Part shown: positions 8,990-19,725 of the stretch, piece after piece
Layout of the letters: each line of letters starts with the position of its first letter
Position numbering within the stretch: position 1 is the stretch's first letter
Assembly (NCBI GenBank): GCA_038231275.1
Contig: JBBRLQ010000034.1
Span: forward strand, 11,924-75,923
Source of the DNA: Polyangiales bacterium
Lineage (GTDB): Bacteria > Myxococcota_A > Polyangia > Polyangiales > Polyangiaceae
DNA length: 64,000 bases
Reading direction: 5' to 3'
The notes under the pieces: model-generated
What the model was told of the DNA's origin: nothing
Database searches by the model: none
Seen by the model: the letters and a program-made list of their open reading frames with translations, nothing else
Position numbers and translations under genes: made by a program

Positions 8990-9562
8990 TCAGGGGACGA
9001 ACCAGGTCGTCCCCGCCGTGACGGCGCCCCCCGAGAACGGGGGAATCTTCGCGGTTGCGAGCTCGTCGCGCACGCACGCCGCCGCGCGCTCGGAGACGCC
9101 CTGCGGCGCATCGAGCGCGACGCTGGAGACTGTCCCGTCGGGGGCGAAGGTGACGGTGGCGTGGCCATAGCCGCGCGGCAAACCCCACGGCGCGCAATCG
9201 ACGACCTTGCGTTCGGCGAGGGCCGCGTGCGGCGCCGCGGGGTCGAGCGGGCGATAGGTCGAAGGCGGCGGCGGCGGGCGTGGCGGGAGCGGCGCGTAGT
9301 GAGGAGCAGGCTCGCGCGGTGGCTCGATCTCGCCGGCCGGAACCGCCTCGACGACGAAACGTTCACGCTCCTCGCTCGCGGCGGCGACCTGGGCGATCGC
9401 GCCGAACAGCTCGATGACGGCGATGGCGACGTCGACTCCGCCGCTCCCGCCATGGGTGTGACGGTGGTGGTAGCCCGTGGTGGCGCACGAGGGCAGAAGA
9501 AGGAGCAGCGAAGGGAGCAGAAGCAGGCGGCGCATCGATGACCTCCGCTCAGCCCTCATCAA
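8990..9562 (-). CDS. Putative lipoprotein with a TonB/AgmX-like C-terminal domain
   Basis: Hydrophobic signal with LPSC, Pro-rich linker, C-terminal 'VTFAPDGTVSSV...ACV...IPPFSG'. Start uncertain. Confidence 0.55.
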   Translation of the reverse strand: MMRAERRSSMRRLLLLPSLLLLLPSCATTGYHHRHTHGGSGGVDVAIAVIELFGAIAQVAAASEERERFVVEAVPAGEIEPPREPAPHYAPLPPRPPPPPSTYRPLDPAAPHAALAERKVVDCAPWGLPRGYGHATVTFAPDGTVSSVALDAPQGVSERAAACVRDELATAKIPPFSGGAVTAGTTWFVP

Positions 9563-9685
9563 GACGCGTGCCCGACCTCCGCCACACCTGACGACGCGCA
9601 GTTACGTTCGTCCGCGTCGCGGAGTGCGACGGCGCGCCTCGGGCCGGGCGGAGACCGGTGGGCGCCGCGCCACGGACGTCGCCGC

Positions 9686-10134
9686 TCACGCGGGCTTGGC
9701 GGGTTTGGCCTGACGCGCGGCGTCGCCGGCGAGCTCGCGGAGCCACTGCCTGTCCTCCGGATCCTTCGTAAGGGACGCCGCCTTCTCGAACGCCGCCGCC
9801 GCCGCGCGGTAAAGGGTCCGGGCTCGGCCCTCCTTCCGCGCGTCGTTCGTCCGCGTCGCGACCAGCTCGCACGTCTTCGCGAGCGTCGTCCACGACGATC
9901 GCTGCGCGGGCGCGAGCTTCGCCGCGACATGTGCATAGTGCAACGAACGGGCGGCCGATTTACAGCGCGCCCAGCCTCGCGCGAGCTCCTCTGCCACGAC
10001 CGCCACGTCGTCGGTGATGCCGCCCGCGCGCGCGAGGGCGTACGCGGATTCGAGCTTCGCCACGGCGCCCTTGACGTCGTGCTTCATCGCGGCCGCCGCT
10101 TCCTTCAACAGGCGCGGCAAATCTGCAGGTGCGC

Positions 10135-10138
<4 letters not shown>
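9686..10138 (-). CDS. Hypothetical helical (TPR-like) protein
   Basis: Ala-rich helical repeats; overlaps the transglutaminase gene by 4 nt. Confidence 0.6.
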
Positions 10139-11867
<1,729 letters not shown>

Positions 11868-11871
<4 letters not shown>

Positions 11872-13112
11872 AGCGCGAGCGCCTCTCCCGCGATCACCGC
11901 GCGCTGCCGGGCCTCGTCGACGAGCACGTACGCGCAGCCGACTCCGGTTCCGCCGATCCGTTCGACCAGCGCGCGTCGCGTCGCGTCGTCGGCGACCGAC
12001 ACGACGACGACTGTGGACAGACGCGAGAGCCGCGGTCCGAGCCGACGAAGGAGCGCGTCGACGTTCGGCGGAGGTCCGCGCCTCACGCAGGCGAGAAGAT
12101 CGAGCGCCTGCTCCAAGAACCCGAGGCTCCGTCCCAGCGTCAGCTCGTGCACAGCGTCGCCCACCACGAGGAGATCGATGAGCGCCTCGCCGCGCGACAG
12201 GTGCGCGACGATGCCCGCTGCGAGCGAGATCGCGGCCTCGAGCCGCTCCGGATCGGTCGTCCCGGTGTCGAGCACCACACCGACGCGGCTGAAATACTCT
12301 TGCTGGTACTCACGCACCACGGGCGCTCCGGTGCGCGCCCAGCTCTTCGCGTGCAGATCGCGCACGGGATCGCCGGGGCGGTACGGACGCACCCCGAGCA
12401 GATCCATCGACTCGCCGCTCTTCGACGCCAGCGCGACGCCGCCCGGCTGGTGTCGTCGCCCGAGCGGCATCGTGAGGCGGGTGACGTTGGCCGGCTTCGG
12501 CACGACGACGATGCGCGTGCCCCCGGTCTCGACGGGGGGCCCCAGCGAGAGCCCGAACGGCACGCGCGCCGCCACGCGAAAGGTGTCGAGGTGGTGCTCG
12601 CCGCGCAGGACGAAGCGCGCACACATCGCCGCGCGCCCGGTCTCCCCGGGCTCGAGGCCGGCGATGAAGCGCGACGCCGGCTCGGCGGGCTGCCATTGCC
12701 CATGCCACGGCAAGAACGGCCCTCCCACGAGCATTCCCCCCTGTGGGTCCGCGCCGGTGTTGCGGCAGACGATCTCGAACCGCGCGACGTCGCCCACCGT
12801 CACCCGCCGCGGCGCGACGACCTCGGGCACGACGCCGCGCAGCACGAACGCGCGGCTGATCGCGAGAGAGGCGACGCCGACGCCCGCCAGCACACAAAAG
12901 AGGAGGTAGACGTCCGTTCGGACGACGTCGAGGCCGAGGCCGGCGGCGATCAGCGTGACGGTCGCGAAGAGCTGCCCCTCGCGTGTGAACGAGCCGACGA
13001 TGCCGAAAATCGGACGGAGAAGCCGAAAAATCAGGCCGCGCCGAAAGCGGTCGCGCCCCTCCTTGGACTGAGGAATGAGAACGTGGTTGAGGCGCGCGAG
13101 ATCGATGCGCAT
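11868..13112 (-). CDS. DUF58 domain protein
   Basis: VRPYRPGDPVRDLHAKSWARTG..VVREY; sits in the MoxR operon. Confidence 0.9.
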
Positions 13113-14053
13113 CAGAGCGGCACGCCGACGTCGCGGACGATCTCGCTGACGATGGCCTCCGCCGTGGTGCCGCCGTACCGCGCCTCGCTCGCGAGCAGCA
13201 CGCGGTGCGCGAGCACCGGTACCGCGAGCGCGTGCACGTCCGCCGGGCTCGCGTACGTGCGCCCATTCATGAGCGCGCGCGCCTGCGAGGCCCGAAAGAA
13301 CGCGAGCGCCCCGCGCGGGCTGACGCCGAGCGCGAGGTCCTTGTGATCGCGCGTCTTCGCAACGAGCGAGAGGAGGTAGTCGGCGACCGGCTCCTTGACC
13401 TCCACGTCGCGCACCTCTTGCTGCATCCGCGTGAGCTCGTCGGCGTCGCACACCGCCGCGACCTTCGCGAGCGGATCGACGCGTTGCCGCGCGAAGAGCA
13501 TCGCGCGCTCGGCGTCGCGCGCGGGATAGCCGACCCCGATGCGAAGGAGGAAGCGATCGAGCTGCGCTTCGGGCAAGGGGTAGGTGCCCTGGTAGTCGAC
13601 GGGGTTCTGCGTCGCGATCACGAAGAACGGCTGCGGCAGCGCGTGGGTCACGCCGTCCACGGTGGCCTGCGCCTCGTTCATCGCCTCGAGCAGCGCCGAC
13701 TGCGTCCGGGGCGACGCGCGGTTGATCTCGTCGGCGAGCAGGACGTTCGTGAAAATCGGCCCTTTGTGGAACGCGAAGGTCCCGTCGCGCGGGCTCAGAA
13801 CTTGCGAGCCGAGGATGTCGGTCGGCAGCAAATCCGGCGTGAACTGCACGCGCGTGAACGTGATGCGAAACGCGCGCGCGAGCGCTTTGGCCAGCGTCGT
13901 CTTTCCTACGCCCGGAACGTCTTCTACCAGGACGTGGCCGGCGCCGAGCACACCCACGAGGAGCAGCTCGATGACGTCGTCCTTGCCGTGCATGACCGCG
14001 CGAAGGGCGCCGCGAATTCGTTCGAGCGCTTCGGACGTCTGCGTGGTGGGCAT
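13112..14053 (-). CDS. MoxR-family AAA+ ATPase
   Basis: EDVPGVGKT, RVQFTPDLLP, LADEINRA, ATQNP and LPEAQLDRF. Confidence 0.96.
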   Translation of the reverse strand: MPTTQTSEALERIRGALRAVMHGKDDVIELLLVGVLGAGHVLVEDVPGVGKTTLAKALARAFRITFTRVQFTPDLLPTDILGSQVLSPRDGTFAFHKGPIFTNVLLADEINRASPRTQSALLEAMNEAQATVDGVTHALPQPFFVIATQNPVDYQGTYPLPEAQLDRFLLRIGVGYPARDAERAMLFARQRVDPLAKVAAVCDADELTRMQQEVRDVEVKEPVADYLLSLVAKTRDHKDLALGVSPRGALAFFRASQARALMNGRTYASPADVHALAVPVLAHRVLLASEARYGGTTAEAIVSEIVRDVGVPL

Positions 14054-14077
14054 CGCGCCCGATGATATCCTCCGCGC

Positions 14078-14647
14078 ATGGCGCTTCGTGACGCGATCGA
14101 CGAGGAGATCTCGAAGGAGGCGCTGCCCACCATCGTGCAGGTCGGCGTCGACGTCTTGCGCGAACGCGCCGCCGACGTTGCTGCTTCAGAGATCGAGACC
14201 GAAGAGATGCGCCGCCTCGTCCAGACGATGGTGGCGGTGATGCGCAGCGCGCCAGGCGTGGGCCTCGCGGCGCCGCAGATCGGCGTGGGCCTACGCCTCT
14301 TCGTGATCGAAGATCGCGCCGAGTACATGGCGCGGGCCAACCCCGTCGACCTCGAGGAGCGCGGCCGGGTGCCCGTACCGCTCAAGGTCTTCTTCAACCC
14401 GGTGCTGCGCCTCCTCGGCGACCGCAAGGCGAGCTACTACGAGGGCTGCCTAAGCGTGGAGGGCTTCGTCGCGCTGGTCGAGCGGAGCCACGAGGTCGAG
14501 ATCGAGGGCCTCGACGAGCACGGCGTGCCCCACGCGTGGCGCGTCACCGGCTGGCCCGCGCGAATTCTCCAGCACGAGACCGACCACCTCGACGGCACGC
14601 TCTACATCGACCGCATGCAAACGCGCACCTTCACCAAGGTCACCTGA
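14078..14647 (+). CDS. def: Peptide deformylase
   Basis: GVGLAAPQIG, EGCLS and QHETDHLDG. Confidence 0.96.
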   Translation: MALRDAIDEEISKEALPTIVQVGVDVLRERAADVAASEIETEEMRRLVQTMVAVMRSAPGVGLAAPQIGVGLRLFVIEDRAEYMARANPVDLEERGRVPVPLKVFFNPVLRLLGDRKASYYEGCLSVEGFVALVERSHEVEIEGLDEHGVPHAWRVTGWPARILQHETDHLDGTLYIDRMQTRTFTKVT

Positions 14648-14689
14648 CGAGGCGCGCAACGGGGTAGCTGCGCCGAAAAAGCTGGTACC

Positions 14690-14724
14690 ATATCTTGACA
14701 TCAAGTCACTTGATGCCAAGATAT
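14690..14724. promoter_or_regulatory. Palindromic MarR operator overlapping a TTGACA -35 box
   Basis: ATATCTTGACATCAAGT-C-ACTTGATGCCAAGATAT: 17-bp inverted repeat with 1 mismatch, AT-rich, immediately before marR. Confidence 0.8.
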
Positions 14725-14729
14725 ATAGC

Positions 14730-15224
14730 GTGATCGTCACCAGGACCGCCACCCGCACCGCGTCCGCTCGGACGGACGCGTCGGGCACCCACGTTTGGCT
14801 CATCCTCATGAAGGCCCACCGCGCCCTCGCGCGCCACGCCCAGCGCAGCGTGGAGGAAGCCCGAATGGGCCTCTCTGATTTCGCGACGCTCGAGATGCTC
14901 CTCCACAAGGGACCGCAGCTGGTGAACGACATCGGCCGGCGCATCGGTCTCACCAGCGGATCGATCACGACGGCGGTGGATCGTCTGGAGAAGCGCGGCC
15001 TCGTCGCGCGCGCCGCCGATCCACGCGACCGTCGCGCGTGCGTCGTCCGACTCACCCCGACCGGCGACGCGCTGATCCGCGAGGTGTTCGCAGCTCACAA
15101 GGCCGCGATCGACCTCGCGGCGAGCGATCTCTCGAAGACCGAGCGCGCCGCGCTCATCGGCCTCCTGAAGAAGCTCGGCACCTCCGCCGAGCGTCGGTTC
15201 GAAGAAGAAAGAGACGCACCATGA
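14730..15224 (+). CDS. MarR-family transcriptional regulator (MhqR-like)
   Basis: Winged HTH: LTSGSITTAVDRLEKRGLV.R...DRR...V.LT..G. Confidence 0.92.
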   Translation: MIVTRTATRTASARTDASGTHVWLILMKAHRALARHAQRSVEEARMGLSDFATLEMLLHKGPQLVNDIGRRIGLTSGSITTAVDRLEKRGLVARAADPRDRRACVVRLTPTGDALIREVFAAHKAAIDLAASDLSKTERAALIGLLKKLGTSAERRFEEERDAP

Positions 15225-16060
15225 CCCTCGCATCCCTCGACGTCACCTCGGCCCCGATCCGCACGATCGTCTTTCGCACGCGCGGCCACGAGCACGGGGC
15301 GATCACGCGGCTCGTTTCCCCTGGCGACGTGGGAGAGCTGATCAAGCCCTTCGTCTTCCTGGACTTCTTCTCGTCGGAGCCGACGGGGCGCGGTGGCTTC
15401 GGCTGGCATCCTCACTCGGGCATCGCGACGTTGACCGTAATCCTCGAAGGTCGAACGAGCTACGAGGAGACCACCGGCGCCAAGGGCTCGCTCTCACGCG
15501 GGGGCGTCGAGTGGATGCGCGCGGGCAACGGCGTTTGGCATACGGGAAAGCCGAGCGCCACCGAACGTACCGTCGGCTACCAGCTCTGGGTCGCGCTCCC
15601 GCCCGAGCTCGAGAACGGTCCGTCGGCGAGCCACTACGTGCAGCCGTCCGACGTCCCCGTCGACGGTCCGGCGCGCGTCATTCTCGGCCGACACGGCGCA
15701 GCACAGAGCCCGATCGCGGCGCCGTCGCCGATCAATTACTTGGTCGTCGACCTGAAGTCCGGAGATCGCTGGACGTATCGCCCGCCGCCCGGCCACCTCG
15801 TCGCCTGGGTCGCCGTGCACGCGGGGACGCTCCGCACGCCCGCGCCCGTACCCTCCGGCGAGCTCGCGGTCTTCGATCGCTCGAACGCGCCGATCGAGCT
15901 GATCGCCGACGGCGATACCTCGTTCGTCATCGGCTCGGCGGTGCCCCACGACCACCCGCTGGTGCTCGGGTACTACTCGGTGCACACGAGCGCCGAGGCG
16001 CTCCGGCGCGGCGAAGCGGAGATCGACCGCATCGGCATGGAACGCAGGCGCGCGCGGTAG
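15221..16060 (+). CDS. Pirin-family protein
   Basis: PFVFLD, WHPHSG and WMRAGNGVWH; ATGA overlap with marR. Confidence 0.92.
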   Translation: MTLASLDVTSAPIRTIVFRTRGHEHGAITRLVSPGDVGELIKPFVFLDFFSSEPTGRGGFGWHPHSGIATLTVILEGRTSYEETTGAKGSLSRGGVEWMRAGNGVWHTGKPSATERTVGYQLWVALPPELENGPSASHYVQPSDVPVDGPARVILGRHGAAQSPIAAPSPINYLVVDLKSGDRWTYRPPPGHLVAWVAVHAGTLRTPAPVPSGELAVFDRSNAPIELIADGDTSFVIGSAVPHDHPLVLGYYSVHTSAEALRRGEAEIDRIGMERRRAR

Positions 16061-16091
16061 GGCATCGCGCTCGGAGACGCCCTACCGCGCG
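16051..16091. repeat. GTAG-type inverted repeat hairpin (REP-like or terminator)
   Basis: CGCGCGGTAGGGCATC...GACGCCCTACCGCGCG: 16-bp arms with 1 mismatch, spanning the pirin stop codon. Confidence 0.55.
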
Positions 16092-16140
16092 GCGAGGGCG
16101 CGCGCCTGTAATGCTTCCCGGAGCTCTGCGTCAGCAGGGT

Positions 16141-16347
16141 ATGAGCACCGATCGAGCGCTGTCTTTCGCCCGCAACCTGTTCGGCGTACCCCTTTCGGCG
16201 TGGGGCCCTCCGCCCGACCCTCGGCCTCGCCCTGAGCTCGACGCTCGCCGCTGCTGCGACTCGCCGCAGCGGGTCGTCGGTCATCGCGAGCGCGATGCGG
16301 AAGATGCCTGGACGCGGTGCGGGTCGTCGGTCATTCTTTCGCGATGA
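16141..16347 (+). CDS. Small hypothetical protein (68 aa)
   Basis: MSTDRALSFARNLFG...RRCCDSP...TRCGSS; its TGA overlaps the ATG at 16344 (ATGA). Confidence 0.4.
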   Translation: MSTDRALSFARNLFGVPLSAWGPPPDPRPRPELDARRCCDSPQRVVGHRERDAEDAWTRCGSSVILSR

Positions 16348-17639
16348 TTCGTGGCGAAGAGAAGCGACTGAGGCGTGCCTTCCGCTCCATCCTCCTGCTC
16401 TCCGTGAGCGCACCCGCCGCCGCGCTTTACGCGTGCAGCTCCTCGTCCGGCGGCGACGCGCCCGGCAGCGACGCGAGCGCGCAGGGGGACACCACGACGA
16501 GCAGCTCGGGTTCGTCGGGTTCGTCCGGTTCGTCGGGCTCTTCCGGGACGTCGGGGACGTCGGGCTCTTCCGGGACGTCGGGCTCTTCCGGGACGTCGGG
16601 CTCTTCCGGGACGTCGGGCAGCTCGGGTTCGTCGGGTTCGTCGGGCAGCTCGGGTTCGTCGGGCTCCTCCGGAAACACCGACTCCGGCGTGCCGATCTGC
16701 GCAGAGGGCGCGGACGCCGCGCACCCGCAGATCGACGGTTCCTCGTACCTCGACGCGAGCGATGACGGAGCATGCGACTACTTCTTCCGCTACACCGGGT
16801 GCGCGCCGTTCAACGTCGTGCCGACGGGCAACGGGTGCTACTTCGGCCTCTCGCAGTGCGCGGCCATCTGTGGCTTCCCGACGAACGCCGGCTGCTTCGT
16901 CACGAACGACAACTGCACGCAGATCGACGGCGGGCCGAACCACATCATCAACCCGGCCACCGTAACGATCGACTGCACGAAGTGCCTGGGCGGCCGTCGC
17001 CCGGAACAGATGGACGCCTTCGCGCGGGCCGGACGAGGCGGCGACGAGATCGGCGCATGGTTCGCGGAGCTCGCGCACCTCGAAGGCGCGTCGATCGCGG
17101 CGTTCCGTACGCTCCGCGCCGAGCTCCTTGCCCACGGCGCCCCGCGCGAGCTCGTCCAGATGGCCGAGCGCTCGGCGAAGGACGAGGTCCGACACACGCG
17201 CGTGACCGCTCGCATCGCCCGCAAATTCGGGGCGACACCGCAGCTGGCCAAGGTGCGAAGGGGCGCGGTTCGATCGCTCGAAGCGCTCGCGATCGAGAAC
17301 GCGGCGGAGGGCTGCGTGCGCGAGACGTTCGGCGCGCTCCTGGCGGCGCACCAAGCCGAGCACGCGGCCGATCCCGAGATTCGGGCCGAAATGGCGACGA
17401 TCGCGGACGACGAGACGCGTCACGCCGCGCTGGCGTGGGCCGTGGCAGAGTGGGCGTCCGCTCGCCTCGACGCCGCTGGACGCGCGCGAGTCGCGGAGGC
17501 GAAGGCGAAGGCGGTCGACGCGCTGCGCGCCGAGATCGAGGCCGAGACGCCGGCGTCGCTCGTCGCCACCGCGGGGCTCCCCACGGCCGCTTCTGCGCGG
17601 GCGCTCCTCGACGGCGCGGCGCGGCGTCTCTGGAGCTGA
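16344..17639 (+). CDS. Lipoprotein with Ser/Gly linker, Cys-rich module and ferritin-like di-iron domain
   Basis: LYAC lipobox; LEGASIAAF, DEVRH, ENAAEGCVRET and DETRHA (E/ExxH pattern). Confidence 0.8.
   Translation: MIRGEEKRLRRAFRSILLLSVSAPAAALYACSSSSGGDAPGSDASAQGDTTTSSSGSSGSSGSSGSSGTSGTSGSSGTSGSSGTSGSSGTSGSSGSSGSSGSSGSSGSSGNTDSGVPICAEGADAAHPQIDGSSYLDASDDGACDYFFRYTGCAPFNVVPTGNGCYFGLSQCAAICGFPTNAGCFVTNDNCTQIDGGPNHIINPATVTIDCTKCLGGRRPEQMDAFARAGRGGDEIGAWFAELAHLEGASIAAFRTLRAELLAHGAPRELVQMAERSAKDEVRHTRVTARIARKFGATPQLAKVRRGAVRSLEALAIENAAEGCVRETFGALLAAHQAEHAADPEIRAEMATIADDETRHAALAWAVAEWASARLDAAGRARVAEAKAKAVDALRAEIEAETPASLVATAGLPTAASARALLDGAARRLWS
16500..16673 (+). repeat. Coding tandem repeat (9/18-bp units, SGS/SGT)
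   Basis: TCGGGCTCTTCCGGGACG occurs at 16533, 16560, 16578 and 16596, flanked by 9-bp variants. Confidence 0.85.
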
Positions 17640-17640
17640 A

Positions 17641-18879
17641 ACGCCCGCCCTCCGTCTCGGTCTGCGCGCGAACCTCGCGCAGTTTTCCCTGCTCGTCGTC
17701 GTCAACGCGTTCGTCGGCGCGATGGTCGGGATGGAGCGGAGCATCCTCCCGGCCCTCGCCGAGCACGACTTCCATCTCGCCGCGCGCGCCGCGGTGCTCT
17801 CGTTCATCGTCGTCTTCGGCGTCACGAAGGCGCTGACCAACTACCTCGCGGGCCGACTCTCCGACCGCTTCGGTCGCAAGCATGTGCTCGTCGGCGGGTG
17901 GCTCGTGGCCGCGCCGGTTCCGTTCCTCTTGATGTGGGCGCCGAGCTGGTCGTGGGTGCTCTTCGCGAACGTGCTGCTCGGCGTCAGCCAGGGGCTCACG
18001 TGGTCCACGACCGTGATCATGAAGATCGATCTCGCCGGCGCGAAGAATCGCGGGCTCGCGATGGGATTGAACGAGTTCGCCGGCTACCTCGCCGTCGCGG
18101 CCTCGGCGCTCGCGACCGGCGTAGTCGCGGCGCGCTACGGTCTGCGGCCCTATCCGTTCGCGCTCGGCGTCGCGTTCGTCGCGATCGGGCTCGCGCTCTC
18201 GGCACTCGCCGTTCGTGAGACGAAGCACCACGTCGCGCAGGAAACCAAGGAGCACGGTGAGCTCCCGCCGCAGGGAAGCCCCACGCAGCGCGAGATCTTC
18301 TGGCGGACGACGCTCTTCGATCGGAACCTGTCGAGCGTCAGCCAGGCCGGCCTCGTCAACAACCTGAACGACGGAATGGCGTGGGGGCTCTTCCCGCTCG
18401 TCTTCGCCGCCGCGCGCGTGCCACTCGCCGATATCGGAGTGCTCGCCGCCATCTACCCGGCCACGTGGGGCATCGGTCAGCTCGTCACGGGCGCTTTGTC
18501 CGATCGCCTCGGGCGCAAGTGGCTCATCGCCTCCGGGATGTGGGTCCAGGCGGCGGGCATCGTGGTGGTGATCCACTCGGCCGGCTTCGCAGGCTTCGCG
18601 ACGGGCGGCGCGCTGCTCGGGGTCGGCACCGCGATGGTGTACCCGACCTTGCTCGCCGCGATCGGCGACGTCGCCCATCCTTCGTGGCGCGCGTCGTCGG
18701 TCGGCGTATATCGCCTGTGGCGGGACCTCGGCTACGCCTTCGGTGCGGTAATCGCCGGCGTGACTGCGGACGCGATGGGGTTGCCGTCGGCGATGTGGCT
18801 GGTCGCGGCGATCACGTTCGGCTCGGGGATAGTCGTCGCGGCGCGAATGACCGAAACGCTCGTGCGACGCGCGGAGTAA
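17641..18879 (+). CDS. MFS transporter
   Basis: GRLSDRFGRK and GALSDRLGRK (motif A), many TM segments. The family-like N-terminus (LRLGLRANLAQFSLLVVVNAFVG) lies upstream of the first ATG at 17722. Confidence 0.88.
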   Translation, partial: TPALRLGLRANLAQFSLLVVVNAFVGAMVGMERSILPALAEHDFHLAARAAVLSFIVVFGVTKALTNYLAGRLSDRFGRKHVLVGGWLVAAPVPFLLMWAPSWSWVLFANVLLGVSQGLTWSTTVIMKIDLAGAKNRGLAMGLNEFAGYLAVAASALATGVVAARYGLRPYPFALGVAFVAIGLALSALAVRETKHHVAQETKEHGELPPQGSPTQREIFWRTTLFDRNLSSVSQAGLVNNLNDGMAWGLFPLVFAAARVPLADIGVLAAIYPATWGIGQLVTGALSDRLGRKWLIASGMWVQAAGIVVVIHSAGFAGFATGGALLGVGTAMVYPTLLAAIGDVAHPSWRASSVGVYRLWRDLGYAFGAVIAGVTADAMGLPSAMWLVAAITFGSGIVVAARMTETLVRRAE

Positions 18880-18910
18880 CCGTCCGGCACGTGGCCTCCG
18901 ACGAGGCGCT

Positions 18911-19252
18911 TCATTGGGGGCAGCTCCACGCGGCGTGACCGGCGTCCGCGTCGAGCAAGCAGACGCACCTTCCCAAATTCGAGCAGTCCGCCGCGGCGAA
19001 GTAGGCGGCGCAGCCGAGGGGGTAACCGGCGTCCGCGGGGATGTGCCCGGCCCAACCGCTCGCGTTCGGATCGGCCAGACACGACGTAGGCGACGCTACC
19101 GGCGCGCCTGCGTCGCAGGCGAGCTGCGGTTCGGAGGTGCACGCCGGCGGCCCCGAGTCGACCTGCGCCGCCGGAGTGAGCGTTGCGGTCGAACAGCCGA
19201 TCGCAGATGCGAGAGAAGTGATGGTCAACACCACGAGAAATGAGCGAGTCAT
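18911..19252 (-). CDS. Small Cys-rich lipoprotein
   Basis: AIGC lipobox, ~9 Cys; 4-nt overlap with the USP gene. Confidence 0.65.
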   Translation of the reverse strand: MTRSFLVVLTITSLASAIGCSTATLTPAAQVDSGPPACTSEPQLACDAGAPVASPTSCLADPNASGWAGHIPADAGYPLGCAAYFAAADCSNLGRCVCLLDADAGHAAWSCPQ

Positions 19253-19725
19253 GTTCCCCCCTTCGGCCGAAACGCCACGACGTTCCCCGGCGCTTGCTCA
19301 CGGTTGTGGACCACGAACACGTGGCACTGGGCCAGGTTCGCGACCTTCGCCGCGGTCGTGCCGAGCACCCGATCGAGCCCGTGGTAGCCGTGACTGCCGA
19401 GCACGATCAGGTCCGCGTCCAGCTCGGCGGCCACCGCGATGATCGCGCGCCACGGCTGGCCGACTCGCACGAGCGGTGGGGCCACGTCGACCTCCATCAG
19501 CCCGTCGATGAAGGTCTGCAGGTCCTGGATCGCGAGCCGTTCGAGGTGCGCCGGCAGCGGATCGCTCGCCTCGACGTGCGCGGCGGCGGGGAACTCTTGG
19601 GCGAACGGGATGACCCTCACCACCCAGATCCGCGCGGCGAAGCGGCGCGCGACCTCGGACGCCGCGTCGAACACTCCGCGCGCGCGCTCCGACGCGTCGA
19701 GCGCCACGACGATCCTGCGTATCAT
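19249..19725 (-). CDS. Universal stress protein (UspA family)
   Basis: IRRIVVALDAS...ADLIVLGSHGYHGLDRVLGTTAAKVAN.A.C.VFVV. Confidence 0.93.
   Translation of the reverse strand: MIRRIVVALDASERARGVFDAASEVARRFAARIWVVRVIPFAQEFPAAAHVEASDPLPAHLERLAIQDLQTFIDGLMEVDVAPPLVRVGQPWRAIIAVAAELDADLIVLGSHGYHGLDRVLGTTAAKVANLAQCHVFVVHNREQAPGNVVAFRPKGGT

Noticed and set aside
16500..16673. Tandem repeats here and at ~61950-62112 as a possible CRISPR array
   Set aside because: No unique spacers and no cas genes. The units are multiples of 3 and encode Ser/Gly linkers.
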